Shown here: piece after piece, positions 62,618-64,000 of the stretch | Numbering within the stretch: the first letter of the stretch is position 1 | Layout of the letters: each line of letters starts with the position of its first letter | Virus record (IMG/VR): IMGVR_UViG_3300033182_000980 | Location: 248,001 to 312,000 of that record | Strand: one strand, 5' to 3' | DNA length: 64,000 bases | The notes under the pieces: generated by a model | What the model was told of the DNA's origin: nothing | The model's input: the letters and a program-made list of their open reading frames with translations, nothing else | Databases searched by the model: none | Translations under genes and position numbers: made by a program

Positions 62618-64000
62618 TGTAAACTTAATGAGGGAACAAAACGCAATAGATAACATGAACGCTGACTCAAGCAGAGGCTGGTCAGCTCTTTCGATGTGTA
62701 TTGCTCAGATTGTTGAGATTCATTGGGAGGAGATGAGGTGTACTTTAGAAATCCTTAATGGGAACGGAGCTGACACGAGGGCATTAACAGGGGTGGAACT
62801 ACTGATGCCTTCTATGGGTAATCGCCACTTCATGGGAGGCATACCAGAGATTGGTGATCAATGTGTTGTGGGTTGGTTTGCACATGACACAAGAGCAGGC
62901 ACAGCAGGTAAGACCCCTGCCATCTTAGCGTGGTGGCCTTCAACACCTTGGGTCAGACATGATTGGCACATGACTCAAGGTTTCGACCCCGATGAAAACA
63001 TAATGGAGGACAATGTAAATAGACAGATTGTCCAAAACTTTTATCAGCGTATCCGACATAAAATGAGACACTTCTCTCCTGGCAATATAGGAGCGAGTTC
63101 ATCTCAAGGGTCAGATATGGTTCTTGATGAGAGCGTCTTGTTGAGCAATCGGAGAGCGAATGAGATCATCATAAGAGATCAAGACCAAGCGATCATTATG
63201 AGATCTTTACAGCAGTTTCATGCGATGTCGGGAGCTAGGGTCTATGCTGGTATGGTTCAAAGAGATGCTAGGACTTTACCGAGAGAGATGTTCTCTGATG
63301 GGATCAAATGGGATGCCAACATACAAATAGACTCCGAGGGTAATCCTTATAATCCATTTAGTGGTGGCGAGGGCTTTGAAAACCCTTTAGAGCAAGGAGA
63401 GCTACAGCCTCATCCAGTTTTCCAAAGAGACGAATTTGAGGGAGTCGGTGTAAACATTGAGGGTGAGCGTACCAACTATAAAGGTAGGTTTCCGACTCAT
63501 TTAGACCCTTATGTTTTCTTGTACAACGCAGGGTTTGTGGATGATAACTATGATGAGCTGAACGAAGAAAGCGACATCATTTATGGTGGTAAGTCGATAC
63601 TAAGAGTCGGTAATGAGTTTGGTAAAAATGCGTTTGATAATGGTCAAGCCTTTACCGAGTATCGTATTGAGATGAACCACCTAACAGACGGTATTCTTCC
63701 TGTAACCGAACAGACAGATGGGTTTGACTCTGATAGGGCGAGCAATAGACCTAACGAGAACAGGACTCCTCCATTTATCGAATGGGTGCTAGGAACACCT
63801 GTAGGGAATGATGCGTTTTCAGCTAAGGGCAAAGCTGAATACGGACTACCTGTCGTACCTAGTTTAGCAAATCTTGGAGTGGCGAATGGAGAAACACCTT
63901 TCGCAGATCATGCGGCGACTCTCTTAAGAATCACACCTGTTGTCCCTAACACAGACGACTCTTTTGTGTCATTTACGAAGGGTGGGAAGCTCAAGGCTAA
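62610..64000 (+). CDS. Baseplate spike / gp5-VgrG-like OB-fold protein (partial, runs off window end)
   Basis: Absent from the ORF track; ATG 62610 with GGAGGAG RBS; IAQIVEIHWEEMRCTL...GGIPEIGDQCVVGW OB-fold pattern. Confidence 0.7.
   Translation, partial: MTDVNLMREQNAIDNMNADSSRGWSALSMCIAQIVEIHWEEMRCTLEILNGNGADTRALTGVELLMPSMGNRHFMGGIPEIGDQCVVGWFAHDTRAGTAGKTPAILAWWPSTPWVRHDWHMTQGFDPDENIMEDNVNRQIVQNFYQRIRHKMRHFSPGNIGASSSQGSDMVLDESVLLSNRRANEIIIRDQDQAIIMRSLQQFHAMSGARVYAGMVQRDARTLPREMFSDGIKWDANIQIDSEGNPYNPFSGGEGFENPLEQGELQPHPVFQRDEFEGVGVNIEGERTNYKGRFPTHLDPYVFLYNAGFVDDNYDELNEESDIIYGGKSILRVGNEFGKNAFDNGQAFTEYRIEMNHLTDGILPVTEQTDGFDSDRASNRPNENRTPPFIEWVLGTPVGNDAFSAKGKAEYGLPVVPSLANLGVANGETPFADHAATLLRITPVVPNTDDSFVSFTKGGKLKA

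Noticed and set aside
622-63832. Many antisense or nested ORFs in the track (e.g. 622..906, 1914..2291, 43826..44224, 52788..53168, 63644..63832)
   Set aside because: Shadows of longer genes with recognisable motifs; no RBS or motif support.
1-64000. tRNA/rRNA genes, integrase/transposase, or stop-codon reassignment
   Set aside because: No cloverleaf or T-loop consensus noticed in the short intergenic gaps, no recombinase motifs, and genes are full-length with all three stops in use. A tRNAscan/Infernal run would be needed for certainty.

Overview
A 64 kb segment of a large, contractile-tailed (myovirus-type, probably jumbo) dsDNA phage using the standard genetic code; the host cannot be determined from this window. 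Left end: baseplate wedge genes, glycine-rich fibre-like proteins and probable head-packaged proteins. Middle: family A DNA polymerase, small early/accessory genes, and a replication/DNA-modification operon (SNF2 helicase, DnaB helicase with degenerate loader, and six of seven paralogous SPPY amino-methyltransferases, four of them around a thymidylate-synthase-like + asparagine-synthetase-like + PLP-enzyme cassette; the seventh follows the polymerase). Right end: tail tube, chaperones, tape measure, hub and spike. Highlights: (1) an apparent virion-cargo system in which unrelated late-promoter (TA-N5-TTTAT) genes carry portable peptide tags (RVASRY and MRRSASE-x-I-xx-LE-x-R) and K/R-x-A junctions, with cargo including a tandem double CCA-type nucleotidyltransferase and GNAT paralogues, and DNA-level evidence that the promoter+tag module is copied as a cassette; (2) a candidate uncharacterised cytosine-hypermodification pathway; (3) a divergent AcrIII-1 (DUF1874)-like gene behind tandem putative early promoters; (4) three phage promoter classes readable by eye. 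All family assignments come from motif recognition by eye; no searches or counts were run.
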